DNA from: a virus | Reading direction: 5' to 3' (one strand) | IMG/VR virus record: IMGVR_UViG_3300030098_005409 | DNA: 64,000 nt | Shown: positions 37,587-47,443 of the stretch, in pieces | Layout of the letters: each line of letters opens with the position of its first letter | Position numbering within the stretch: position 1 is the stretch's first letter | Position numbers and translations under genes: made by a program | The notes under the pieces: model-generated | What the model was told of the DNA's origin: nothing | Seen by the model: only the letters and a program-made list of their open reading frames with translations | Databases searched by the model: none

Positions 37587-38866
37587 TATATTACTCCACT
37601 TAATAGCTGAACATCAACCAAATCTTTTGGCTCTGATCTGTTTTTCTTCATCTGTCGAATTACTTCGGGGCTGGCAAACTTAAGGCCATTATAATAAAAA
37701 TGATTATTTGGGTTAAAGATAATATCATCTTTGTGGTGCTTGTAGTATTTAAGTTCTTCGTTATGACAGTTAATCTCAGTTAGTCCTGTGTCGATGTTGT
37801 CGCCAGCATATAGGAAATCTAAGTCTCTACAGTCACGTAAGCCGTATGCCGCCAGAACTGCGCTCGCGTCAACGCAAAAGTCATCGCGATCGTGGACACT
37901 ATTATTATGCCAGTTCCTGTATTCTTGAAAATAAAATTCAAAGTTTTTAAAATATGTTGGCTTAAGTTGATTTAAAAAATTAATACTATTTTGGTTAAAG
38001 ACGGCGCTAGCGATTCTTATAGTTTCATGGTGATGGTCATTAATGTGAACTGAATGATTTCCAACGTTGTAGAGATCCCTCACGTTTTGCTTTAGGGCCC
38101 TCAGAGTGTCTGGGTCATCAGTCTGCACCAAAAAAACATAAGTCGGGCCCGCAGCATCGTAACACTGCTCAGCCTTAGAATTAACGCCTTGAAAGCCTAC
38201 TTGCCAATTACCTGCCCAGGGCTCCCCGTCGTAAAGTGTTCTAATAAAATTAAAGGGGCCGTATTTATCTAGTGGCACCGCCTTTTCGCACACCACATCA
38301 GTGCTATTTACAATTATTTCTCTTGCTTTCTCAAACTTACAGAGGGCAGTAGGAAACAACGTAATTATAAAAGTGTTATTTTTTAATTTAGCATAATTTA
38401 AAGCCATGGCATCTAAATAAGTTTGGTTTAGGCCGCCTTCCACATATACATCACGATTTTTAAAAAAGTAGTAGCTACAGTCTAATTGCCCAGAATCGGG
38501 AGGAGCCTCATAACATGCTACCATTTTATCATCAAGTATGCTTGATGCAATACGATGAGCACCGTTAAGAGGAGATTTTGTACTCTTATCAACTGGAACA
38601 ATGGATCTGTTCTCATCAAATCCATCTCGTTGAATCGATTCAATAATGTTGTTGAACTCATTAACAAACTTTTCTTTGCTTTGTTTATTAATATCGCCAA
38701 ATTCAGAAAAGTTATTCCAAACTTGCAAGTGCGATAGGTACAGGTCTAAAGGGAACTCACTTTTTACATCTTTATACTTAGCATAATAGTGCTTGGCCGC
38801 TATGTCAAAACGAAATGGTGTTAACAAACTAAGAGCATTGCGGTAGAAAGTATCGTTTTTATTCAT
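37586..38866 (-). CDS. multidomain protein: ParB/Srx-like + NDK-like + nucleotidyltransferase-like
   Basis: PLNGAHRIAS (ParB/Srx DGxHR-like); NHSVHINDHHHET (NDK NxxHxSD-like); ASAVLAAYGLRDCRDLDF (GS-x-DxD-like). Confidence 0.5.
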   Translation of the reverse strand: MNKNDTFYRNALSLLTPFRFDIAAKHYYAKYKDVKSEFPLDLYLSHLQVWNNFSEFGDINKQSKEKFVNEFNNIIESIQRDGFDENRSIVPVDKSTKSPLNGAHRIASSILDDKMVACYEAPPDSGQLDCSYYFFKNRDVYVEGGLNQTYLDAMALNYAKLKNNTFIITLFPTALCKFEKAREIIVNSTDVVCEKAVPLDKYGPFNFIRTLYDGEPWAGNWQVGFQGVNSKAEQCYDAAGPTYVFLVQTDDPDTLRALKQNVRDLYNVGNHSVHINDHHHETIRIASAVFNQNSINFLNQLKPTYFKNFEFYFQEYRNWHNNSVHDRDDFCVDASAVLAAYGLRDCRDLDFLYAGDNIDTGLTEINCHNEELKYYKHHKDDIIFNPNNHFYYNGLKFASPEVIRQMKKNRSEPKDLVDVQLLSGVI

Positions 38867-38869
38867 TTT

Positions 38870-39631
38870 TTAAATCTCGCCAATCAAATCATATTGAGGT
38901 TTTGATCTAATCTGTCTGTCTAGAGCAAGTTGCAGTCTTGAGTTTACTTTAAAGTCGTTAATTGGATTGTCATTATTGTAAACATATAAGATATTAGATA
39001 TAAACTTATGCCGGTGGCCGGCCATTTCAAGCATGGGCATCATAAAGGCAACATCCCAAGCCATCCTATAAAAATTGCCCTCAGAATCTAGTAAGTCTTC
39101 TTTTTGTATCTTTTTCCACAAGCCATACTTAAATGTTCTAAGATGAGAGGAAATCCACTTTGGATAGCTTCTAAATGACCTATTTTCAACTACTTCTTCT
39201 GGAAAGTTGTGAGAGCCATTTGGAACAACTCTTCCGGCCACCAAGTCATTTAATTTGACATATTCGCCATAAGTTATATAACAATTTTCTTTATTGTAAA
39301 CAAAGTCAAGCGTATCTAATACTTTATCGTGGTATAGCCAATCATCCCCATCAACAGTCACTATAATGTCATGGTCATCCGGCTGAGACAACAGGATGCC
39401 TTCATAAATATTTTGTAGTGCAAATTTCTTTTCTGTATTTATATGCAGAATAAAACGATCATCATCCTTTATAAGCTCCTTGACTCTGCTTACTGTGTCA
39501 TCAGTTGAGATATCGTCTACTAGTATGCACTGAAAGTCTTCATACCCTTGGCTCTTAATGCTATTAATGTTCTTTTCTATCCATTGTTCTACGTTATACA
39601 TTGGAACAATGATCTTAAAATGGTTTTTCAT
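38870..39631 (-). CDS. glycosyltransferase family 2
   Basis: IIVPMYN, VDDISTD, VDGDDWL. Confidence 0.92.
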   Translation of the reverse strand: MKNHFKIIVPMYNVEQWIEKNINSIKSQGYEDFQCILVDDISTDDTVSRVKELIKDDDRFILHINTEKKFALQNIYEGILLSQPDDHDIIVTVDGDDWLYHDKVLDTLDFVYNKENCYITYGEYVKLNDLVAGRVVPNGSHNFPEEVVENRSFRSYPKWISSHLRTFKYGLWKKIQKEDLLDSEGNFYRMAWDVAFMMPMLEMAGHRHKFISNILYVYNNDNPINDFKVNSRLQLALDRQIRSKPQYDLIGEI

Positions 39632-39633
39632 TC

Positions 39634-40479
39634 TTAGTCCTTTATAAGTTCGACAAATTTTTCTTTGTACTCAATAAATTCTTCTACTTGATCAGGTGGG
39701 AAAACGCGAGACATAATTGTGACCGTGTCATCCCAAACTTTTCCTATGTACGGATCCCGATGCAAATGAACATCAATCGTTTTAGTGTTCATGCACTCAT
39801 TAAATGTTGGATCCCAAGCACCCCTATCAATACGCCCATTTCGAATCCCATACTTATTTCCGCCACGCTCAAACATCTGGCACCTATCTGGGTAGTAATC
39901 ACTTTGGAATACACTGCGAGTTAAAATCCACTCATCTAGATTCCATCCCGTGTCCCAATCAGCAGAGGGCGACAGATATTCCTCAAAACAAAGACGAACG
40001 TTTTCCTGAACTGATGTCTCTTGAATCCCTATCACCTTTTTCCATACTGACGCCTTCATGCCAATATTTCCAATCTTTAAACGGGTATAATTTAGCTCAT
40101 CCGGGTCATATATATGAATGTCTTTAGAGGCGCTTTGTTGGTTGAACCACATATAATCAATTACAAACTTATCCATATCGTCCGTAAGCAAGTAATCATC
40201 GTCTTTAAAGGCCGGATCTGCAGCTGCGTAAAGCCTACAGATCTGAGCTATATTGCAAGTACGATATCCCTCTATGGGGTTTAAGACATTTATCCGACCG
40301 CCAACTTTCTCTGTCGCCTCAAAAACCAGTTTTCTCAATTCTGGTGATATGCTGTCCTCCACCAAATAAACAACTGGTTGATAATCAATTTCTTTCCAGA
40401 ATGCACATGTCATTGGCACAAAAAAAAGATAGTCCGGATTTGAATCAACCGATAAAATGGAATGTTTATTATTTATCAT
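39634..40479 (-). CDS. hypothetical protein, glycosyltransferase-like
   Basis: YLLTDDMD DxD-like motif; cluster context. Confidence 0.5.
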   Translation of the reverse strand: MINNKHSILSVDSNPDYLFFVPMTCAFWKEIDYQPVVYLVEDSISPELRKLVFEATEKVGGRINVLNPIEGYRTCNIAQICRLYAAADPAFKDDDYLLTDDMDKFVIDYMWFNQQSASKDIHIYDPDELNYTRLKIGNIGMKASVWKKVIGIQETSVQENVRLCFEEYLSPSADWDTGWNLDEWILTRSVFQSDYYPDRCQMFERGGNKYGIRNGRIDRGAWDPTFNECMNTKTIDVHLHRDPYIGKVWDDTVTIMSRVFPPDQVEEFIEYKEKFVELIKD

Positions 40480-40480
40480 C

Positions 40481-42016
40481 TTATATTTTCTTAACCTCTA
40501 GAGGGCAATTTTGATTAGTCAAACACGCCCCAGATTTTAAATCAAATTCCCATCCATGTAATGAGCAAACAAGGTTTCCTGCTTCGTTGACATACCCTGA
40601 CTTTTTTAGATCCGCCAACATATGGGGGCAATATCGCTGAACCTTGTATTTTTGTTTATTATACTCTAATTCATACGTCTCATTAAGAAAATCTTTGCGT
40701 TCGGCATAAATTTTCTCCGAAATTAGTAATCGTTTTATATCAAAATTCTTTAACAATGTAAATAAAATTTCATTATATACATCGGGGTCGCGGTGACATT
40801 TAAAATTGGTACCAAGAAAAAACCTTTCAAAATCCACGTAACGCGATTTAAACAATTCACACATTGAATCGGGACATAAAGTAAACTCATAACTTATTTT
40901 TTGATTTTTAAGCGGCTCCACTATACCCTGAGAGAAGTCAACCACTATGTCTTCTACTTCATTAAAACTAAACAAAACATTAAAAGTCAATTGCGGCGCA
41001 TATACTTGAGATATTTTACAAATATTATTAACATGTTTAACAAATTTTTGCACCATTTTGGCATGCTCTACTTTAGTGTATGAGGGAATAGGGTATTCGT
41101 CTTGTACTTGACGCGCATATCTATCAATATATTGAGGTAGTTTATTATATACAGTGGTAAATTTTTTGCTATCAACAATGGTCTCTATTGTTTTAGCTAG
41201 TTTCACTTCATCACCGGGGCACAAGGTTTGCGCGTTAACACCTTGTGCATTCATTAAGCGCGATGCGTCATCTGATAAAATGAAAGGGTTTGACGCTTCC
41301 CTTCGGGTGTTATTCCAGTGATGCAAGGCACGATTACGGAAAAAGGGCGGGCCTGCATTAGGAACTGTCAGTTTTGCATTAACTGTCAAGGCATATTTTA
41401 TGGCTCGCTGGACAGCGTTATTCCTTTTTTGTATGCACTTATCTTTCAATTCTTGCTCATCGTAATCATACGTGCAGGGCCACCATATAGCGCTCGTTGC
41501 CTGCAATAACAACACATCCACATCTCCGATGTGTTCTTTAATTATACTATAGTCTAAATGGCAATCGTTGAGGTTGAGAATCTTGCGATTACCATCGTCC
41601 AAGAGTAAGCACGAGTCCTGATCCATGTAGCCATCGTCTTCCACAATTGTAATTTTCACATCCTTAAATATTTGAGTATCGTGCCTTGTCAGTTCTCTGA
41701 CGTCAGAAAAACCCATCTGTCCTAGAGTTGAGCGTAAAACAGGATCTTTAAACTTGGGTATTAAGATCGTTGTCGACCGGTCGGCTTGTTGCAAAACCCA
41801 TGGATCTAGATGATCCTCATGCGCATGGGAGATATAAATAAAATCCAAGTCTTCTAATAAATCTTTGTGCCACAGATCCCTATTTGATGGAAAGGGCAGC
41901 CATTGAGAAAAAAAAGCGCCGGATGGTCCAAACCACGGATCACAAATACAACGAAAGTCCGGGCCCTCAACTAACCAGCCGGCATGTCCAAGATATTTAA
42001 GATTATTTATCGGCAC
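40481..42016 (-). CDS. MBL-fold plus C-terminal Rieske [2Fe-2S] protein (Rv3818-like; CMP-Neu5Ac hydroxylase-related)
   Basis: LGHAGW...DPW...SHAHEDH (HxHxDH); CPH-x18-CSLH Rieske ligands; GTG start. Confidence 0.8.
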   Translation of the reverse strand: MPINNLKYLGHAGWLVEGPDFRCICDPWFGPSGAFFSQWLPFPSNRDLWHKDLLEDLDFIYISHAHEDHLDPWVLQQADRSTTILIPKFKDPVLRSTLGQMGFSDVRELTRHDTQIFKDVKITIVEDDGYMDQDSCLLLDDGNRKILNLNDCHLDYSIIKEHIGDVDVLLLQATSAIWWPCTYDYDEQELKDKCIQKRNNAVQRAIKYALTVNAKLTVPNAGPPFFRNRALHHWNNTRREASNPFILSDDASRLMNAQGVNAQTLCPGDEVKLAKTIETIVDSKKFTTVYNKLPQYIDRYARQVQDEYPIPSYTKVEHAKMVQKFVKHVNNICKISQVYAPQLTFNVLFSFNEVEDIVVDFSQGIVEPLKNQKISYEFTLCPDSMCELFKSRYVDFERFFLGTNFKCHRDPDVYNEILFTLLKNFDIKRLLISEKIYAERKDFLNETYELEYNKQKYKVQRYCPHMLADLKKSGYVNEAGNLVCSLHGWEFDLKSGACLTNQNCPLEVKKI

Positions 42017-42800
42017 TTAAAAACCTAAACTTACCGAATTTAGATTCGCGAGGAGATAAAACAATTTTGTTTGGGTCGGGCTTAAAAGAATTATCAAACT
42101 CATAAATTGTTTGCCAATCCCCATATTTTAATGTCATTTCATGATCATAGAATTGATGTCTGTTAAATTTGTGGATTAAGACTGATAATACAGATTGATC
42201 TTGCCTGTGTTCCACACAGGGGCCATTGGGCCCATCTGGGTATCTTATGGTAGTGTCCGGTAGCGCTATACTAGGATTAAGCATATATTCATACATCTCT
42301 GTAACGAAGTCGATATTGTCGACTGTTTTTTTATACACTTGAAATCCTGCCCAGTATTGAGGCATAATTCCAGCCCCAGGGACATTCATCACTTTCAAAC
42401 ACTCTCTAGTTGTCCATCGTTCGTTAAGAAGGTTGGGGTGATTATAACACATGAACAGCGATTCATCAGTAAGATCCTGCTCTAAAGTATCAGTGGGATT
42501 CACGAAGCAGTTAGCAGAATCAGAGTAAATTATTTCTGATGAGTGGTTCATCAAACAATCGTTTATGGCGTATACCTTGTAGAAAAATACTCTTGGCTCT
42601 AGTGCGTGATCACAAACAGGCTCAACTTCTATGAGCCGAACCTGTCCAGGGAAAAGTTTTTCAAAAATAGTCAGATCGGATAAATCGGTGTTAAAATAAT
42701 AAAGATAGACCTTTTTATCAAAAGAGTTAAGTTTATAGCTTTGGATAAGATTGAGCGCCTGCGGTATGAAAGGCTTACTTATGACCGTACACAGATCCAT
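42003..42800 (-). CDS. putative nucleotide-diphospho-sugar transferase
   Basis: YKVYAI...IYSDSAN...EHRQDQSVLSVL resembles the HRHDQS motif of viral GT-like proteins. Confidence 0.55.
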   Translation of the reverse strand: MDLCTVISKPFIPQALNLIQSYKLNSFDKKVYLYYFNTDLSDLTIFEKLFPGQVRLIEVEPVCDHALEPRVFFYKVYAINDCLMNHSSEIIYSDSANCFVNPTDTLEQDLTDESLFMCYNHPNLLNERWTTRECLKVMNVPGAGIMPQYWAGFQVYKKTVDNIDFVTEMYEYMLNPSIALPDTTIRYPDGPNGPCVEHRQDQSVLSVLIHKFNRHQFYDHEMTLKYGDWQTIYEFDNSFKPDPNKIVLSPRESKFGKFRFLSADK

Positions 42801-42806
42801 GAATTA

Positions 42807-44786
42807 TCAGCTGCTCGATTCTTGTTCTTGATACACGGCCAGATAGGTTTGGAATATCTCCCTTTCTTGCTTCTTTTTCCACGAGTTGTGTTCTACATTT
42901 GTAGAGACACCTTTAGGATTGAAATAATAAACTCCTAAAGTTTCAGGGTGCTTCTTGAATACGACACCTTCAAATGCACATCTCAGCCACATATCCCAGT
43001 CTGCAGCGCTGCGATATTTTTGATTAAAGTAGCCATACTTACTGTGCAGATCTTTCTTCCACATTGGGTTATTGTGTGGCAAATTACCTCTTAACATCGC
43101 TTCTTTAGAAAATTGTTCAAAATTATATTTCTGACTTGTGCTTTTATCTATATCTTCCCATTGCATATTGGGTTCATGAGTAATGTACGAATCATTATAC
43201 ACTAAGTCGACCCCGGGGCTAGAGAACAGAAGTTTTGCCTGTTTTTCTAGAGCGTCTGGGGCTCGACGGTCATCACAGTTAACATTAGTTACGTACTCCC
43301 CAGCCGACATCTTGATCGCCATATTCCAAGTTTCATAAAGGCCCGGGTCTTCTTCAAGCCTCTTGTATACAATATTGTTTGGATAACGCTCTACATACTT
43401 AAGAATAATTTCCTCTTCATCATCACCGGGTTCGTTTGCGTTCAAAATTATCCATTCGCACTTATCTTCAAACACAGTTTGTCTTGTAGTATCCTCAAGC
43501 AATTGTTCTATGTATTCGGATGCCTTATAGACAGAGGTTATTAAAGATATTTTTGGCAGATCCTCTGTATTAACGGCAACTATTTTTTCTCCATATACTA
43601 ACTCAGAAAACTGATGATACATATCTTTGTTTGTAAATTTGTTTAATATATGATCCTGTAAGACTCTTGCTTCCTTGCGGTAGTGAGTTTCTTTAGTCAG
43701 GACGTCTTTTAGGGCGTTCTTATACGACTTTTCTTTTGCAAAAGCCCACATAGAATCTTTTTGTATGACCCCATCCCACACGGCGCTGGGCTGTACTGTC
43801 TTAATATCGTAATCAACTTTCACGACGCGGGGGTAGTTTTTGCCCTTCTTGTTTGGCTTACAAATAAAATCCATCTGTCCGGACCAAGTTGTCGTAATTA
43901 ATGGCAATCCATGGTAGGCAGCTTCAAAAAGCGGGAGGCCATAACCTTCGCCGTGGCCAATATTAATCATTGCCTTCATTGTCGGATGTTTGTAGAGCCA
44001 CGCCAAGTTCCCAGGAGACACTTCACCATGAATTAGATATACAGAGCACTTACGATCCTTATAGGGGGCTAGAAGCGCCTCTAAGCGCGCCTGTGTATAC
44101 TCGCGGTCCATAACTGAATCAGACGCCGTGTTGGTTTTAACAACCAAGCCAACATTTTCCTCATCAATAAACGCCTCAACAAACCACTTAATAGTGTTAT
44201 CTAAATTCTTTCGCGGACCCCACTGGGCAACTGTAAGAAAATTTTTGCTGGTTTTGAAATCAACCTTCACCTCTTCGGATTCATGGAATCTAACAGGATA
44301 ATTAACCGTCGTGACGGGAACTTGTAGTCCCCAATTTTTATGTTCATTGCCACTATCATCTTTTATGTCATACTTTGTTTGTTCAAAGACTTTTTTTGAG
44401 TGATTTGAGACAACAATTATTTTATCAACCGTCTCGTTAGACTTAGCAATCCATTGTGGAGAGACCTTGGTTGTTTCAATTCCGGCCGTATACCCGATAT
44501 TCACGGGTGCAATTTTTTCAAACTCGTTTGGCACTGTGATCTGTAGTGAAACATCAAACTGACCTCCTTGTTGGATGTATTTTTGCGTCTTGAGTGTCGC
44601 TTCATGAATAAAGTTAGTTTCTTCATCATCGTTTGTAATTTGGCCTGTTCGACCCCACGGAATATTGATGATATATATATCAAAAAGATCCGGACGTGAT
44701 CGCAAAGATCTAAGAGCAAAACGAGATTGCTCTCCATAGCCCGATCGGGAAAGAACTGGACCTTTTATTAAAACTTTTTTTAACAT
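42807..44786 (-). CDS. fused glycosyltransferase (GT4/GT-B N-terminus + GT2 C-terminus)
   Basis: RSGYG...RKNL...HGEGYGLPLFEA (GT4); SLITSVYK...NVNCDD...DWDMWLR (GT2). Confidence 0.88.
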   Translation of the reverse strand: MLKKVLIKGPVLSRSGYGEQSRFALRSLRSRPDLFDIYIINIPWGRTGQITNDDEETNFIHEATLKTQKYIQQGGQFDVSLQITVPNEFEKIAPVNIGYTAGIETTKVSPQWIAKSNETVDKIIVVSNHSKKVFEQTKYDIKDDSGNEHKNWGLQVPVTTVNYPVRFHESEEVKVDFKTSKNFLTVAQWGPRKNLDNTIKWFVEAFIDEENVGLVVKTNTASDSVMDREYTQARLEALLAPYKDRKCSVYLIHGEVSPGNLAWLYKHPTMKAMINIGHGEGYGLPLFEAAYHGLPLITTTWSGQMDFICKPNKKGKNYPRVVKVDYDIKTVQPSAVWDGVIQKDSMWAFAKEKSYKNALKDVLTKETHYRKEARVLQDHILNKFTNKDMYHQFSELVYGEKIVAVNTEDLPKISLITSVYKASEYIEQLLEDTTRQTVFEDKCEWIILNANEPGDDEEEIILKYVERYPNNIVYKRLEEDPGLYETWNMAIKMSAGEYVTNVNCDDRRAPDALEKQAKLLFSSPGVDLVYNDSYITHEPNMQWEDIDKSTSQKYNFEQFSKEAMLRGNLPHNNPMWKKDLHSKYGYFNQKYRSAADWDMWLRCAFEGVVFKKHPETLGVYYFNPKGVSTNVEHNSWKKKQEREIFQTYLAVYQEQESSS

Positions 44787-46036
44787 TAAAACACCTTTAC
44801 TTCGTATGCATCATAGCCCTTGCGGGTTTCCCAAGAGCCTTTTTCTTCGTATATTGAGGTGAACAAATCATCCCATGTTTGAATAAACTTATCAAATCCA
44901 AATAAATCTTCTGACCATGCGCGGCCGGCGAGGCCAAGTTCTCGTCTGGCTTCAGGAGTCATTTCATAGAGTTCCACTAAAGCATTCACAAAGTCTTCTT
45001 TAGATAAACGATCTTCATAAATATATGGTACTTGTTGAGATCCGATTATTGCTTTTGATACCGGTTGTAGTCCAATCCCAAAGAACTTCTCACCATCAGT
45101 AACTTGATCCTGAAGGCCCCCAGTCATGTTAACTAGTATCGGTGTTCCACAGGATAAAGATTCCAATGTAGAAAGCCCAAATCCCTCGGCATCAGAAATA
45201 CACACAGTGAGATCTGCCATATTGTACATAGCAGCTAAATCTCCTGGTCCAACCTTATCTCGTGAAAATAAGACCTCTCCATTTGTCAGCCCTAATTCAT
45301 GAATTATAGCTTCCAAGTCTTGACCGTGCTGATCGTTGACATCGGTATGCATAATAAGACACGCTTTATCGTGTCCAACCTTATCTAAGAATTCCTTAAA
45401 CCACCAGATTAAGGTCCCTGATTGTTTCCGGCGCGCATTTCTGCTATTCCAAAAACAAACAAATTTATCATCTAAATTTTTAGAAGTTCTCCAGTTTTTT
45501 ACTTCTTGAGCAGCTGCCGGCTTGAATATATCCCCATCAACAGCGTGTGGGATGTAAGAGGAATCCACTTCCGGCGCCACGGTCGCGACTATATCATGCG
45601 TTACTTTTGAAATACAAGCAACGTGGTCGTTTGAAAGATAATACTTACGATTAAATTTCGGGTATGGGTAATTATCCCAAACGTGATAGTAGACCATTGG
45701 CACATGTGTTCTAACTTCGTTCTCAATCGCCCATAGCCACTCGTAAAACCTAGGGTCGGTCATAAACCACAAAATATCTGGCTTTTGCTGGTGAATCATC
45801 GCGCGAACCATATCATGGTTGCCATAGCCATCGACTGGCCATATAACCCAATCATCGCCCCACTGCTCAGTTCTCTGAGGGTTATGATTTGGATGTTTAA
45901 TCGCGCCTCCGAAGGAAACAAACTGGTACTTGCCAGTCTTAAGCATCCCTTCGATAATGTATTTTGTTTGAGTTCCCACACCACTTGGAGACAGTGGGTG
46001 ATCACTGATTGTGAATATCTTAATCTTATCTGACAT
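44786..46036 (-). CDS. glycosyltransferase family 4
   Basis: SDHP...SGVGTQ; RNARRKQ; AEGFGLSTLESLSCGTP. Confidence 0.9.
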   Translation of the reverse strand: MSDKIKIFTISDHPLSPSGVGTQTKYIIEGMLKTGKYQFVSFGGAIKHPNHNPQRTEQWGDDWVIWPVDGYGNHDMVRAMIHQQKPDILWFMTDPRFYEWLWAIENEVRTHVPMVYYHVWDNYPYPKFNRKYYLSNDHVACISKVTHDIVATVAPEVDSSYIPHAVDGDIFKPAAAQEVKNWRTSKNLDDKFVCFWNSRNARRKQSGTLIWWFKEFLDKVGHDKACLIMHTDVNDQHGQDLEAIIHELGLTNGEVLFSRDKVGPGDLAAMYNMADLTVCISDAEGFGLSTLESLSCGTPILVNMTGGLQDQVTDGEKFFGIGLQPVSKAIIGSQQVPYIYEDRLSKEDFVNALVELYEMTPEARRELGLAGRAWSEDLFGFDKFIQTWDDLFTSIYEEKGSWETRKGYDAYEVKVF

Positions 46037-46044
46037 TTAAGTTC

Positions 46045-46827
46045 CTATCTGCAGTGTTCAGTGTTGCGCAACGAACAAGGATACGGCTTTAAACAATGAA
46101 GTCGATTTTTAATTGAAAAGCCTTTTTGAATATTGTATATTGCTTGGTATAAAACTTTAAGGGCGTTCTCGGTTTTTTTGGCGCCACTTGTTACTCTAAA
46201 TATCTCGACTCTATTCTTTTTAGCCGTTCTTTTTAACAAAGCAAAGTGTGTCTCTACATCCTTAGGGTCTAGATTATGCTTCTGGCAAAAGAAATGCTTA
46301 TACAGGGTCAGTTGATAGGTAACCATCTTTTCAGCCTTCTTGCGGGAATCCCAGCCCCAGGAACAAGTCTTCCAATCAAAAAGATGGTACTTTTCTCCTA
46401 CTTTAACGACAGCGTCGACAAAACCTTTAAAGTGATACCCAAAGTTCTCTATCTCTTCGTACAGAAGCTCCTCGGAGGAATAAACGTCGTAGTCTCCAAA
46501 ATAGCTTTCAAGCGCGCCCTCAACTTCGGACAAAACCTCAGGGCCGGCCGTTCGCATTTGTTCAACATTCTTTTGATTTACTTCGATATTTTTTTCCGCA
46601 AGTTTTTCTAGTTCCTGATCAAAGCCGATCTGGAATATCTTTGCCTCGTCAATAACCTCGCGGAGAAGCTTCTTCTCGCACACATCGTGAACGGCAGTTC
46701 CGAATGCGGTGTATTCATTACCCTCAAATGAGGCAACCTTTTCAATCCAACTTTTTTTGTGGTAATGCGGGCAGTGGACCCAATCTTTTAGTTCGGAGTA
46801 TGATATATGTTTCTTAGTGGTCATCAT
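46045..46827 (-). CDS. PD-(D/E)XK nuclease, Cas4/RecB-like
   Basis: SYSEL..W..CP, FGTAVH, E...GFVD...DWKT, QLTLY; C-terminal Cys cluster. Confidence 0.88.
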   Translation of the reverse strand: MMTTKKHISYSELKDWVHCPHYHKKSWIEKVASFEGNEYTAFGTAVHDVCEKKLLREVIDEAKIFQIGFDQELEKLAEKNIEVNQKNVEQMRTAGPEVLSEVEGALESYFGDYDVYSSEELLYEEIENFGYHFKGFVDAVVKVGEKYHLFDWKTCSWGWDSRKKAEKMVTYQLTLYKHFFCQKHNLDPKDVETHFALLKRTAKKNRVEIFRVTSGAKKTENALKVLYQAIYNIQKGFSIKNRLHCLKPYPCSLRNTEHCR

Positions 46828-47443
46828 TCAGAGCATCTACTACTTTCTGGTACAGTACCGGACTAATTCTTTTAACATACTCTGGGCTTTCTGTAAAGTA
46901 CTTTTCAAAGCCATTAGCAAAATATTCTTCGATAGAGGTGGCGCCATACGGTGAGCAAAACAGACCCATCGTTATTGCCTGAAGCGTAGGATAACCAACC
47001 ACGTTGGCTAGAAAGTCATCAAACGCCTTATTATATTCCAGCATCTCATAACGAATACGGGGCATCTGATCGAAACCCTCGGCATTTAACAAGAAATACA
47101 ACTTTCTTCTTTTGCCCAAAAACTCAGTCAGCATCCTATCATCGTAGATAGCATGCGGATTTCCGACTTCAACAGCGTGAGCCACTTCGTGCACAAAGTT
47201 TTCAATCATATCCTCGTTTGTAGGCTCGTCTAGCTTCATGTAAATGGCGCCGTGGTTGTAAGCAGCGTTACGACCATCAAGAGCCGGATTTTCTGAGATG
47301 TAACAAACATCAACATTTTGTAACACAGACTTTGGCAACATCCGCTCTATCTGATAGCAAAATAAAGGAATGTCTACGGCCGGTTCTGTTTCACCGTAGA
47401 CAAACACCGGAATACTGTGGATGTAATACTCTCTGCTATACAT
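46814..47443 (-). CDS. zincin-like metallopeptidase domain protein
   Basis: HEVAH plus downstream EEYFA; start moved to ATG 47443 overlapping upstream stop. Confidence 0.6.
   Translation of the reverse strand: MYSREYYIHSIPVFVYGETEPAVDIPLFCYQIERMLPKSVLQNVDVCYISENPALDGRNAAYNHGAIYMKLDEPTNEDMIENFVHEVAHAVEVGNPHAIYDDRMLTEFLGKRRKLYFLLNAEGFDQMPRIRYEMLEYNKAFDDFLANVVGYPTLQAITMGLFCSPYGATSIEEYFANGFEKYFTESPEYVKRISPVLYQKVVDALNDDH

Larger units (their letters stand above)
25227..46036 (-). other. glycan biosynthesis/modification gene cluster (22 co-oriented genes)
   Basis: contiguous coupled CDSs for nucleotide-sugar synthesis, glycosyltransferases and tailoring enzymes. Confidence 0.85.

Noticed and set aside
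25227-46036. Window being a bacterial chromosome with an O-antigen/capsule locus
   Set aside because: No flippase, polymerase or export genes and no housekeeping genes. It is coupled on both sides to phage-type genes on the same strand, though a chimeric assembly cannot be excluded without reads.
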